A stretch of 64,000 nt of DNA. Source: an uncultured Gemmatimonadales bacterium (GTDB lineage: Bacteria; Gemmatimonadota; Gemmatimonadetes; Longimicrobiales; Longimicrobiaceae). The stretch's first letter is position 1, and every line of letters begins with the position of its first letter. Position numbers and translations under genes: made by a program. The notes under the pieces were generated by a model. It was not told the origin of the DNA and made no database searches. It worked only from the letters and a program-made list of their open reading frames with translations. Below, in pieces: positions 18,879-28,300 of this stretch. The stretch is from contig OY970303.1 in assembly GCA_963716255.1 (NCBI GenBank), positions 2,176,001-2,240,000 of the forward strand, in the 5' to 3' direction.

Positions 18879-20005
18879 GGCTGCTGGTGGAGGCGGGAAA
18901 CGCCGCCGTGGGCGTGGAGCGGGGCCGCCTCGTCCCGCCGGAGGGGCGCTTCGACCTGGTCCTCGCCGTCCCCGGCGGCGAGCTGCGCCCCGGCCTGGTC
19001 AACGCCCACGACCACCTGCACCGCAACCACTACGGCCGCCTGGGCGACCCGCCGTACCCGGACGCCTACGCGTGGGGGCGCGACATCCACGCGCGACGCG
19101 CGGCGGAGATCGCCCGCGGCCGCGCGCTCCCCCGCCGCCGGGCGCTGCTGCGCGGCGCGTGGAAGAACCTGCTGGCGGGGGTGACGACGGTCGTGCACCA
19201 CGACCGCTGGGAGCCGGACTTCGAGCGGGGGTTCCCGCTGCGCGTCGCGCGCGTCCGCAGCGCCCACTCGCTCGGCTTCGAGCCGGAGCTGGCGGGGATC
19301 GCCGCGGGCGCCGGCCCCTTCGCCGTCCACCTCGCCGAGGGCGTCGACGCCGCGGCCGCCGACGAGGTGCGCGAGCTGGACCGCCGCGGCCTGCTCACGG
19401 CGGGCCTGCTCGCCGTGCACGGGGTGGGCGCCGACGCGGACGGCGTCCGGCGGCTGCGGGCGGCCGGGGCCGCCGTGGTCTGGTGCCCCACGTCCAACCT
19501 GTTCCTCTTCGGCCGCACCGCGCCGCGCGGGCTGCTGGCCCCGGGGACGGACGTCCTCCTGGGAAGCGACTCGCTGCTCACCGGGGCGGGGACGCTGCTG
19601 GACGAGATCCGCGCGGCGCGCCGCACCGGCCTGCTTTCCGACGCGCGGCTGCTGGACGCGGTGGGCGCGACCGCGGCGCGGCGGCTGGCCCTCCCGGAGC
19701 CGTCGCTGGAGCCCGGCGCCCCGGCCGACCTCGCGGTCTTCCGCCGCCCCGTGCTGGAGGCGGGCGCCGCCGACGTGGCGCTGGTGGTGGCGGGCGGGAC
19801 CCTGCGGGTTCTCGATCCGTCGCTCGTGCCCGCGCTGGGCCGGTGGGAAGCGCGCGGAACGATGGTGGAGTCCGACGGCGTCGTCCGCTGGACCGATCCT
19901 GCGGAATCCGCGCAGGACAGGCTCCCCGGGGCGACGGCAAGTCAGGGATGCCGTGCGGTTCTCCCCCTTTCCCCCGCTTGCGGGGGAGAGGGGGCCGGGG
20001 GGTGA
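18875..20005 (+). CDS. Metal-dependent amidohydrolase (deaminase-like)
   Basis: PGLVNAHDHL, VHLAEG, VHGVG, WCPTSN, LGSDS, PGAPADL. Confidence 0.88.
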   Translation: MRLLVEAGNAAVGVERGRLVPPEGRFDLVLAVPGGELRPGLVNAHDHLHRNHYGRLGDPPYPDAYAWGRDIHARRAAEIARGRALPRRRALLRGAWKNLLAGVTTVVHHDRWEPDFERGFPLRVARVRSAHSLGFEPELAGIAAGAGPFAVHLAEGVDAAAADEVRELDRRGLLTAGLLAVHGVGADADGVRRLRAAGAAVVWCPTSNLFLFGRTAPRGLLAPGTDVLLGSDSLLTGAGTLLDEIRAARRTGLLSDARLLDAVGATAARRLALPEPSLEPGAPADLAVFRRPVLEAGAADVALVVAGGTLRVLDPSLVPALGRWEARGTMVESDGVVRWTDPAESAQDRLPGATASQGCRAVLPLSPACGGEGAGG

Positions 20006-20010
20006 GGGGG
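19963..20010 (+). repeat. REP-like palindrome with G-rich tail
   Basis: CCCCCTTTCCCCCGC-TT-GCGGGGGAGAGGGGG-CCGGGGGGTGAGGGGG. Confidence 0.75.
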
Positions 20011-20021
20011 CCCACCCTCGC

Positions 20022-20169
20022 GGACGCCAGCGCGACGTCCGCGTGAGGGATTTCGGCCCGAAGGGGCGAGACCCCGCGGCAGTTTGCGGGGGCTCGACTC
20101 CGTTGGCGAGCGTTGTTTGCTCGCCTACGGAGCCGAAGCCCGACCCCGGCGCCAGCCGGGGGCACGCCC
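20022..20169 (+). repeat. ~150-bp structured intergenic repeat, copy C
   Basis: Aligns with copies A and B, with compensatory stem substitutions; lies between convergent genes. Confidence 0.93.
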
Positions 20170-20195
20170 GAACCCGCCGTAAAATCCGTTCCTCC

Positions 20196-21482
20196 TCAGC
20201 GCTCCACCCTGCCGCGCAGCAGCCGCCACGCCCGCCGGCCGTAGATCCTCCCCAGCTCCACGGGCGAGCGCCCGGCGGGCGCCGGCCACACCGCGTGGGC
20301 CAGCCGGCGGACCCGCTCCCACGGCGTCCCCGCCCACATCATGCGCTCCTCCAGCGACAGCCTGTCCAGGCGCTGCGCGGTGGCGGGCGTGGAGCGCGCG
20401 AGCACGCGCCGCATGGCGGGCGTGGCCTCCGCGGCGAAGCGCGCCAGCACAGCTTCCGGCACCGTTCCCGGCGCCAGCCGCTCCGCCAGCTCCAGCGCCG
20501 GCCAGGCGAAGCGGAGCGCGCCCGCCGTCCGGGCGGCGCGCACCAGCTCGTCCCACGCGAGCGCCCCGCAGGCGGCGTCCTGGCGGATCACCCGCACCAG
20601 CTCCACCAGCCGGACCAGCGTGAGGCCGTGGAACCCCTCGGAGGCGTGGGTGGCGAGGAGCAGCACCAGGAGCGGCTGTCCCGGGACGCGGGCGTGCGGA
20701 GCTGCGTCCCACGCCGCGGCGGCGGACGCCGGGGCGACCCGGTCCAGCCGCGCCGTGGCGACGCCGAAGAAGTTGCGGTCCAGCGAAGCGTGCACGTCCA
20801 GCGTGAACGGGTCTTCCGCGTGCGTGAGGGCAAGGGACCGCGGCGCGCCGCCGCCCCCGGCCGGCACCCAGTCGCACTTGTACGGACGCCGCTGCACCGG
20901 CCCGGGCGCGTAGCCCGCCCGGCGGAGCGCGACGCCCGCCGCCGCGAGGTCCGCCGGGGCGACGAGCAGGTCCACGTCGCTGACGGGGCGGGTGCCCGGC
21001 TCCGGGAAGTACGCGTGCGCCGTGTGCATCCCCTTCAGCACCGTGGTCACCACGCCCTCCTCCGCCAGGCACGCCGCGGCGTGGGCGGCCGCCCGGCCCA
21101 GGCGCTCCATCCGCAGGCGGTTGTGGCGCAGGTGCAGCCGCAGCAGCGCCGCCGCGCCGGGGCTCGCCCGCAGGGCGCCGCTCTCCACCCACCAGCCCAG
21201 GAGCGGTCCCATCCCCGACGTGTACGCCGCGACGCCCAGGGCGGCCGCGTCGCCGTCCAGGCGGGGAGCCTCGCCGCCGCACAGGACGCCGCGGGTGGCC
21301 GCCTCCATCGCCCGGAGCGCGTCGCGCCAGGCGTCCACCGCCACCTCGGGCCAGAGCCACGCGGGGTGCCCGCCGCGCCGCGCCCGGGCGAAGCGGTCGC
21401 GGACCTCGCCCGCGTCCAGGTCGAGCGCGTCGAGCGGGAGCTCCGGCGCGTCCGCCTCCGCCGGGGCGGCGGGAGCGCTCAC
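20196..21482 (-). CDS. Nucleotidyltransferase family protein (NTP_transf_5-like)
   Basis: VLKGMHTA...YFPEPGTRPVSDVDLLV...LDVH matches the LKG...R...DxDLL pattern; GTGA overlap with the upstream gene. Confidence 0.85.
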   Translation of the reverse strand: MSAPAAPAEADAPELPLDALDLDAGEVRDRFARARRGGHPAWLWPEVAVDAWRDALRAMEAATRGVLCGGEAPRLDGDAAALGVAAYTSGMGPLLGWWVESGALRASPGAAALLRLHLRHNRLRMERLGRAAAHAAACLAEEGVVTTVLKGMHTAHAYFPEPGTRPVSDVDLLVAPADLAAAGVALRRAGYAPGPVQRRPYKCDWVPAGGGGAPRSLALTHAEDPFTLDVHASLDRNFFGVATARLDRVAPASAAAAWDAAPHARVPGQPLLVLLLATHASEGFHGLTLVRLVELVRVIRQDAACGALAWDELVRAARTAGALRFAWPALELAERLAPGTVPEAVLARFAAEATPAMRRVLARSTPATAQRLDRLSLEERMMWAGTPWERVRRLAHAVWPAPAGRSPVELGRIYGRRAWRLLRGRVER

Positions 21483-22438
21483 GCGGCCCCGCCCGCGCCG
21501 TCCGCCCAGCCGGGGCCGAGCGCTTCCAGCTGGAGCACGTAGCTCGCGCGCGTCCGCCGGAAGCGGCGCCGGAGCCGCGCCACCACCTCCTCCGGCGCGC
21601 ACTCCAGCAGGTCGTCCACGTCCCGGTTCCACGGAAACCACCGCCGCCGGTCGGCGCGCTCCGCGTACCCCCGCCGGTACGCGTCCCCCGGCGCGACCGC
21701 CGGCACGCCCGCGCGCTCCGCCAGGTCCTCGCGCACGAAGAAGGCGTTGTTGTATTCCAGCCCCTCCAGGCGGTAGCCCGCCGCGCCCAGCACGTCCCAC
21801 GCCGCGGCGAGCGAGCAGCCGTAGCAGTGTCCCTCGTCCCAGCGGTGGTCGGGCGAGTAGCGGAGCGCGAAGCGGACGGGCGGCGGGACCTTCTCGTTGA
21901 TCTCCAGGTCCACCACCAGCGGGCGGAAGGCCCGGAGGATCGCCCCGGCCACCGCCAGGTCGTACGAGTCCAGGTCCAGGTTGAGCGCGGTGAACTCCGC
22001 CGGAACGCCGTGCTCCCCCAGCAGCGCCGCCACGCCGTGCGGGGTCACGCGCTCGCGGCAGAGCCTCACCCGCCCCAGGGGCCGGTACGCGTGCGCCAGC
22101 AGGGCGAAGCGGGCGGGGTCGCACTCCACGGCGAGACCGCTCCACCCGTGGTCGCGGAAGAGCGGGAGCGTACAGGAGGAGGTGACGCCGTCGCCGGCCG
22201 CCAGGTCCACGGCGAAGCCCCCGTCCGCCACCCCCAGGCGCTCCAGCAGCCCGCGCAGGTGCGTCCACTCGCGGGCGTACGACGGGTCCGGCGTCCCCGC
22301 GGCGGCGGCGTGCCGGGCCAGGCGGGCCGGGGTGAGGCGGCGGTCCCGGGCCCGCGCCAGGGCGCGGCCGCCGCGGCTGAGGCGCAGCGTCCGCCAGAGG
22401 CGGTACGCCCCGGGGTGCCGGTCGAAGAACGCGGGCAT
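21479..22438 (-). CDS. FkbM-like methyltransferase / conserved hypothetical protein
   Basis: FAVDLAAGDGVTSSCT, WSGLAVECD, LNLDLDSYD, GCSLAA and NNAFFVR resemble the FkbM-like proteins found in glycan clusters. Confidence 0.65.
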   Translation of the reverse strand: MPAFFDRHPGAYRLWRTLRLSRGGRALARARDRRLTPARLARHAAAAGTPDPSYAREWTHLRGLLERLGVADGGFAVDLAAGDGVTSSCTLPLFRDHGWSGLAVECDPARFALLAHAYRPLGRVRLCRERVTPHGVAALLGEHGVPAEFTALNLDLDSYDLAVAGAILRAFRPLVVDLEINEKVPPPVRFALRYSPDHRWDEGHCYGCSLAAAWDVLGAAGYRLEGLEYNNAFFVREDLAERAGVPAVAPGDAYRRGYAERADRRRWFPWNRDVDDLLECAPEEVVARLRRRFRRTRASYVLQLEALGPGWADGAGGAA

Positions 22439-22543
22439 GGGCCAGGCGGGCACGGGTGCGGGTGCGGGGTGCCTCCGGGGGTCCTCACTGGAAATCCGCG
22501 GGACGCGCGCAGGGTTCCAGGCGCGGGAACGGCAATGCGAAAC

Positions 22544-22571
22544 GCCCCGACGCCGGATCCGGCGTCGGGGC
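22544..22571. repeat. Perfect palindrome, hairpin family 3 (REP or terminator-like)
   Basis: GCCCCGACGCCGGATCCGGCGTCGGGGC; related copies at 24990 and 28398. Confidence 0.8.
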
Positions 22572-22620
22572 TTTCGTCGAGCTGCATCGGCGAGCGGCGC
22601 GGGCTCGCCGACCCGGTGGA

Positions 22621-23004
22621 TCAGCTACGCCGCCCGAGCGCCACGGGGAGTCCGTCCCGGACGCGCACCTGCCACACGACGTAGTCGTCGCGCTCGAGCA
22701 GGTACTCGGCGATGAACGTGGGACGGTCCTCCTCCCTGGAAAAGACCAGGCTGTTCACTTCCCAGCGGCGGCTCCCCCACAGGTCCAGGTACGGCTCGCG
22801 GGCCGTGGCCAGGAAGGCCTCGATCCGCGCCAGGAGCCCGTCCAGGTCGCCGAGCTCCCGCACGGCGAGGGCTTCGCAGTCGGGATCGGGCACGTCCTCG
22901 AAGAAATCCCCGAGAATGGAGACCTCGTGGCCCCCGGGCGTCCTGCCGATCCAGACACCTTCCCCGGTGATGAAGCGAAGCGGGCCGAGCGTGGGGTGGT
23001 CCAC
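22621..23004 (-). CDS. Hypothetical protein
   Basis: 127 aa with protein-like composition; starts 2 bp after the upstream stop. Confidence 0.7.
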   Translation of the reverse strand: MDHPTLGPLRFITGEGVWIGRTPGGHEVSILGDFFEDVPDPDCEALAVRELGDLDGLLARIEAFLATAREPYLDLWGSRRWEVNSLVFSREEDRPTFIAEYLLERDDYVVWQVRVRDGLPVALGRRS

Positions 23005-23006
23005 GG

Positions 23007-23444
23007 CTACGCGCGCGGGCGAGAGTTTGGATGCTTGATGCGATCCCCCATCCGGATCGCCAGCCAGGCCATGGGCAGGTACGCGGCCGCCAGGTCCAGC
23101 GCGATGAACCAGGCCGGGGCGGGAATCATGAAGCTCGCCGCCACGCCGCCGCAGAGAAAGAACGCGCCCACCACGAAGGCGATCTGCGTCCGGTAGCTCG
23201 CCGCGATCAGGTACGCGGCGAGCGCGCCGGCAAACGTACCGAGCGCGTGCGCCAGGAACGGCATGACGAAGTGCCGCGGCTGGAAAAGGTGCATGGACCG
23301 GCTCAGGCTCTCGGGGTCGTTCACGTCCACGCCCGCAGGCAGAGGAACGAGCGAGGGGCCGAGCGTGATCAGCGCCATGTTGACGGCGCCGCCGACGACG
23401 ATTCCCGCGAGGAGGGCGAGCGCGTTTCGCAGCAGGTTGGACAT
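23007..23444 (-). CDS. Hypothetical membrane protein
   Basis: 145 aa, about 4 hydrophobic segments, GGAGA RBS-like sequence upstream. Confidence 0.8.
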   Translation of the reverse strand: MSNLLRNALALLAGIVVGGAVNMALITLGPSLVPLPAGVDVNDPESLSRSMHLFQPRHFVMPFLAHALGTFAGALAAYLIAASYRTQIAFVVGAFFLCGGVAASFMIPAPAWFIALDLAAAYLPMAWLAIRMGDRIKHPNSRPRA

Positions 23445-23653
23445 GGACGATTCTCCGGAGATGCGTGACGACCGGGCCCGGCGGCGGCGGGTCCGGGCCT
23501 CAGGAGCCTTCGCTCGCGAGCAGCGCCTGCAGCCGGTCGAGGACCTGCTCGTTGGCGGTCGTGCTCAGGGGGCGCATCCTGGCGACGACCTCGGGTCGTT
23601 CGCTCCGGACATCGGCAGCTCCCTCGGGGAAGTGGATGTGGACGGCGCGCCCG

Positions 23654-24886
<1,233 letters not shown>

Positions 24887-24989
24887 CGGACCCAAGATTG
24901 ACCGGGGACCTCCACTTCGCAGCCCGCCGCAATCTGCGCCCCCCTCTCCCCTGCCCACAAGGCGGACGGCTCCGCTCGCGACCGCGGCA

Positions 24990-25027
24990 CGAAGGCCCCG
25001 ATGCCGGGCGCGGCGTCGGGGCCTTCG
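24990..25027. repeat. Hairpin family 3 copy
   Basis: CGAAGGCCCCGATGCCG-GGCG-CGGCGTCGGGGCCTTCG. Confidence 0.75.
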
Positions 25028-25055
25028 CGATCGGGCGGCGCGGCCGGCGCGCCGC

Positions 25056-25451
25056 TCAGCCGGCAGCCGGGCGGCCCCCGAAGCAGACGACGTAGCCATC
25101 GGGGTCCTCGACGTAGAAGTCCCTGGTCCCCCACGGCGTATCCGCGAGCGGCTGGATGATCGTCGCGCCGCTCGCCGCGCAGTGCGCATAGAACGCCTCG
25201 ATGCCGTCCACGCCGGCCGCGGCGTCCAGGTGCCCGTTCGCCCGCCGGTGCCGCCGCTCCTCGTCGTTCCTGGGCGCTTCCTTGAGGTGCAGCTCCAGCC
25301 CGTCCAGCCGACCGATCGCGTAGAACCCGTCCCACGGCTCGCCGAAGGTGAAGCCGAGCTTACGGTAGTAGGCCATCGCGCGATCCAGGTCGTCCACCAG
25401 GAACTGTGGAGCGAGCGACGTGAGCCGCGGCTTCGTTGTCGGGGTCGTCAT
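25056..25451 (-). CDS. VOC / glyoxalase / bleomycin-resistance family protein
   Basis: VDDLDRAMAYYRKLGF...PWGTRDFYVEDPDGY. Confidence 0.9.
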   Translation of the reverse strand: MTTPTTKPRLTSLAPQFLVDDLDRAMAYYRKLGFTFGEPWDGFYAIGRLDGLELHLKEAPRNDEERRHRRANGHLDAAAGVDGIEAFYAHCAASGATIIQPLADTPWGTRDFYVEDPDGYVVCFGGRPAAG

Positions 25452-25466
25452 CAGGAATGCTCCCGG

Positions 25467-26768
25467 TCAGCGTGCACCCTCGTCCACCCGGTAGTAGGGG
25501 ACGACGAGCGGCGGATTGGTGGTGCCGTCGACCAGGGCGATGGCGCGCTTCCACACCCGGCTGCCGGGAAGCCACTCGTCGTACAGCCGGACGTGGTAGC
25601 GGTCCGGCGCCTGGGGACGCGGGTCCGGCGCGAGCGTGAGCACGCCGTCCCGCAGCGTGAACCGGCCCCCGCCGGCCATCGTGGACGTCCGCTCCATGAC
25701 GCCCACGCCCGCGCGGGTCCCCAGGTCGCGGTCGTAGCGGCCGTCGGTCCGGAAAGTGAGCTGCTGCAGGCCGGCGCTCGCGGTGTAGCGCCACGTGCCG
25801 ACGAGGGAGCGCATCAGCGCCTGCCCCCCGTCCGAGGTCCAGCCGGCGGGGCGCAGGCTGTGGAAGAGCCGCTCGAAGCTCGCGTCGTCCAGCAGGCAGC
25901 GGGCGATGCTCCCCATCCCCCAGACCACGTGCACGCGGCCCGGGCCGGCGGGCAGGACCATCGCCATCGCGTTCACGGCCTGGCGCCGGCCGCCCAGCTC
26001 TCCCTCGAACGCGGCCCGGTACCAGACGTACGGCCACCCCGCGGCGCTCGTTCCGCGCATCGCGTAGTGCCAGTCGTCCAGCCTGCGCCACCCGGCGACC
26101 ACCGACTGGAGGAGCGCCGCCTCGGCGTCCGCCTCCAAGTTTCCCGTCGCCGGGCGCGGCGCGGCGATCCCGTAGATGCACGGAGTCCGCTCGCCAGGGT
26201 CGGCGGGCGCGAGGATGACCACGTCTCCGCTGCGCTGCTGCACGTACCCGGGCGGCACGTCGAAGCCGAGCTCACCGGCGGGCGCCCCCGGGGTGGGCGG
26301 ATTCGCCTCCGGACGCAGGGTGCTGACGAAGGCGTCCAGCTCGGCCTGCCGCTGCGCTCCGTTCGCCATTCCCACGATGCCGAGCGCGCGGCCCCGCCAG
26401 AGGACCGCCATGACCACGACGCGCGCCGTCGTGCCCTGGGACGCCACCTGCCTGGAGCCCATGGCGAGGGTCGCGTCGCCCTCGCGCCGGAGGGTGGGCC
26501 GCGGCGGGGGTCCGGCGATGACCTGCGTGGCGTGGACGCGCCACAGGTCGGCGAAGACCTGGTCCGCGGCGCGGGCGGTCGGCTCGCTCGGGAGCAGCTT
26601 GATGAGGCCGGCGCCGCCCGGCTCGTCGCGCACGTACTGCCGTCCGCCCTCGGCGTGCGACACCAGCCAGCCGGAAGGCGGGGTGAAGGCGACGTACTCG
26701 AAGCCGTCGAGGACACGGGTGCCGCCGAGCGCGAGCGCGCCCGCCAGAAGTCCGCCCAGCATCCACAT
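25467..26768 (-). CDS. Hypothetical exported protein
   Basis: 433 aa, signal-peptide-like N-terminus, GGAGG RBS, beta-rich C-terminus (LVGTWRY...FRTDGRY). Confidence 0.75.
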   Translation of the reverse strand: MWMLGGLLAGALALGGTRVLDGFEYVAFTPPSGWLVSHAEGGRQYVRDEPGGAGLIKLLPSEPTARAADQVFADLWRVHATQVIAGPPPRPTLRREGDATLAMGSRQVASQGTTARVVVMAVLWRGRALGIVGMANGAQRQAELDAFVSTLRPEANPPTPGAPAGELGFDVPPGYVQQRSGDVVILAPADPGERTPCIYGIAAPRPATGNLEADAEAALLQSVVAGWRRLDDWHYAMRGTSAAGWPYVWYRAAFEGELGGRRQAVNAMAMVLPAGPGRVHVVWGMGSIARCLLDDASFERLFHSLRPAGWTSDGGQALMRSLVGTWRYTASAGLQQLTFRTDGRYDRDLGTRAGVGVMERTSTMAGGGRFTLRDGVLTLAPDPRPQAPDRYHVRLYDEWLPGSRVWKRAIALVDGTTNPPLVVPYYRVDEGAR

Positions 26769-26856
26769 GCTGCCTCCCGGGCTGCAGGTTTCGACCCGGC
26801 GGGATCCACCTGCTCGATTGTACCGATCGCCCCTGGGACATTCAAGATCCTTCGGC

Positions 26857-27327
26857 TCACCCGGCCGTGGCCGTGCCGGCGCGGGAAGCGTGGGGCGGGT
26901 GGTCGGGCTCCTGGCGCGCGGCGCCCCGCCACCGGTCGCCCGGGGCCTTCACGTAGCTGGCCGCCACGTACCCCCAGGGCATCGCGAGGGGAATCAGCAC
27001 GAGCCCCATCAGGTTGGCGAACATCGTTTCCGCGTTGGCCGCGTCCATCCCGCCGGCCAGCCAGAGCGGGAGCCCGACGCCGGCGATCCACAGGGCCTTC
27101 CACAGGAGCTCGAAGAAGAGCAGCGGCAGCATCCGGAGCGGATACCGGATCCCCAGGATCGCCAGCAGCGAAACCGCCGCCAGCACGCTCCGGACGACCC
27201 CCTTCATGTGCTCCACCCCCTCCGGCGAGCGGAGGTAGGCGGGCCAGATCGTCAGTGCGAGCCCCACGGCGATGAACAGGTACATGGCTCGCAGCACGTA
27301 CAGCCGAGCTACGGAGACGTCCTTCAT
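26857..27327 (-). CDS. Hypothetical membrane protein
   Basis: 156 aa with about 4 TM segments (LGIRYPLRMLPLLFFELLWK). Confidence 0.8.
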   Translation of the reverse strand: MKDVSVARLYVLRAMYLFIAVGLALTIWPAYLRSPEGVEHMKGVVRSVLAAVSLLAILGIRYPLRMLPLLFFELLWKALWIAGVGLPLWLAGGMDAANAETMFANLMGLVLIPLAMPWGYVAASYVKAPGDRWRGAARQEPDHPPHASRAGTATAG

Positions 27328-27471
27328 GATGCACTCCCTCGCCCCGTGTCCGGTGGGACCGGGCGATGCGTCGCGGTGAAGATCACGGGGTGTGGGGCGG
27401 CATTGCCCCGGTCACCCGGGACCGGCTCGATCCGGACCCGCGGATGGCGGCCCGCCATCCCTCCTCCAGGC

Positions 27472-27696
27472 TCACGCTTCGCCGGCCTCCCGGGCCGGCG
27501 TGAACTCGATCAGGTCGCCCGGCTGGCATTCCAGCGCCTCGCAGATGGCCTCCAGCGTGGAGAAGCGGATCGCGCGGGCCTTCCCGGTCTTCAGGATCGA
27601 AAGGTTCGCGAGCGTGATCCCGATCCTTTCCGACAGCTCGGTCAGCGTCATGCGACGCGCGTAGAGGACGTCGTCCAGTTTGACGATGATCGGCAT
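27472..27696 (-). CDS. XRE/Cro family HTH transcriptional regulator (YozG-like)
   Basis: MPIIVKLDDVLYARRMTLTELSERIGITLANLSILKTGKARAIRFSTLEAICEALECQPGDL. Confidence 0.93.
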   Translation of the reverse strand: MPIIVKLDDVLYARRMTLTELSERIGITLANLSILKTGKARAIRFSTLEAICEALECQPGDLIEFTPAREAGEA

Positions 27697-27698
27697 GG

Positions 27699-28223
27699 TC
27701 AGACCGTCCCCTCCAGCTCCTCGCGCATCCGCGCGCCCTGCTCGAACACGCGCGCGAGAACGAAGAGCAGCAGCACGGCGAGCCACCTCGTCACGGAAAA
27801 GCTCCAGTCCAGGTCGAGCGGCTGCACGTCCGTGGCTGCGCCGGCCGCCACGGCCCCGACCGCTAGGTGCAGGAGCTCCAGTCCCAGCACCGCCCAGGCG
27901 ATCGTCCTGAGCCGCGCCGCGTTCCGGGAAACGAACGGGTCCCCGGCGCTCACCGTCTCCACGATCCACAGCAGGCGCGACAGGACGACGTGCGCGAGCG
28001 GAACCGCGGCGATCCCGAGGACCATGATCATGCGCATCCCGAAGACCAGGGCCGGCCCTCCGCCGGTGGAGCGCACACCCAGCGCTTCCATGACGAAGCC
28101 CTCTGCTGCCAGGCTGGCGACCAGCAGCGCCGTGATCAGAAAGCCCGCCAGGAGATTCACACCCATCAGCACCCGGAGAACTCTCCGTGTGACCAGCAGG
28201 TCATCTGCGTGTGCCCGGGGCAT
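27699..28223 (-). CDS. DUF2975 family membrane protein
   Basis: GDPFVSRNAARLRTIAW...LARVFEQGARMREELEGTV; directly upstream of the YozG-like HTH, the usual pairing. Confidence 0.88.
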   Translation of the reverse strand: MPRAHADDLLVTRRVLRVLMGVNLLAGFLITALLVASLAAEGFVMEALGVRSTGGGPALVFGMRMIMVLGIAAVPLAHVVLSRLLWIVETVSAGDPFVSRNAARLRTIAWAVLGLELLHLAVGAVAAGAATDVQPLDLDWSFSVTRWLAVLLLFVLARVFEQGARMREELEGTV

Positions 28224-28261
28224 CGGCGATTCCTCGGTTGATGGAAGACCAGCCAGCTTTG

Positions 28262-28300
28262 TTACTGATAAACAATAATATGCATATCGATCATCGTCAA
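28262..28300 (-). promoter_or_regulatory. Sigma70-like promoter with overlapping imperfect palindrome (putative XRE operator)
   Basis: Minus strand TTGACG-17 bp-TATTGT in a rare AT-rich patch; TTATTGTTTATCAGTAA overlaps the -10 box. Confidence 0.6.

Noticed and set aside
13635..22438. Radical SAM/methyltransferase block as tailoring genes for the NRPS
   Set aside because: It is separated from the TE end by about 9 kb of unrelated genes and is embedded with the glycan locus; nothing in the sequence links them, though it cannot be excluded.
67..22715. Many long Arg/Gly/Ala/Pro-rich alternative-frame ORFs and long N-terminal extensions in the ORF track
   Set aside because: Stop codons are rare at this GC content. 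The real genes are identified by motifs and coupled start/stop overlaps, so starts were trimmed.
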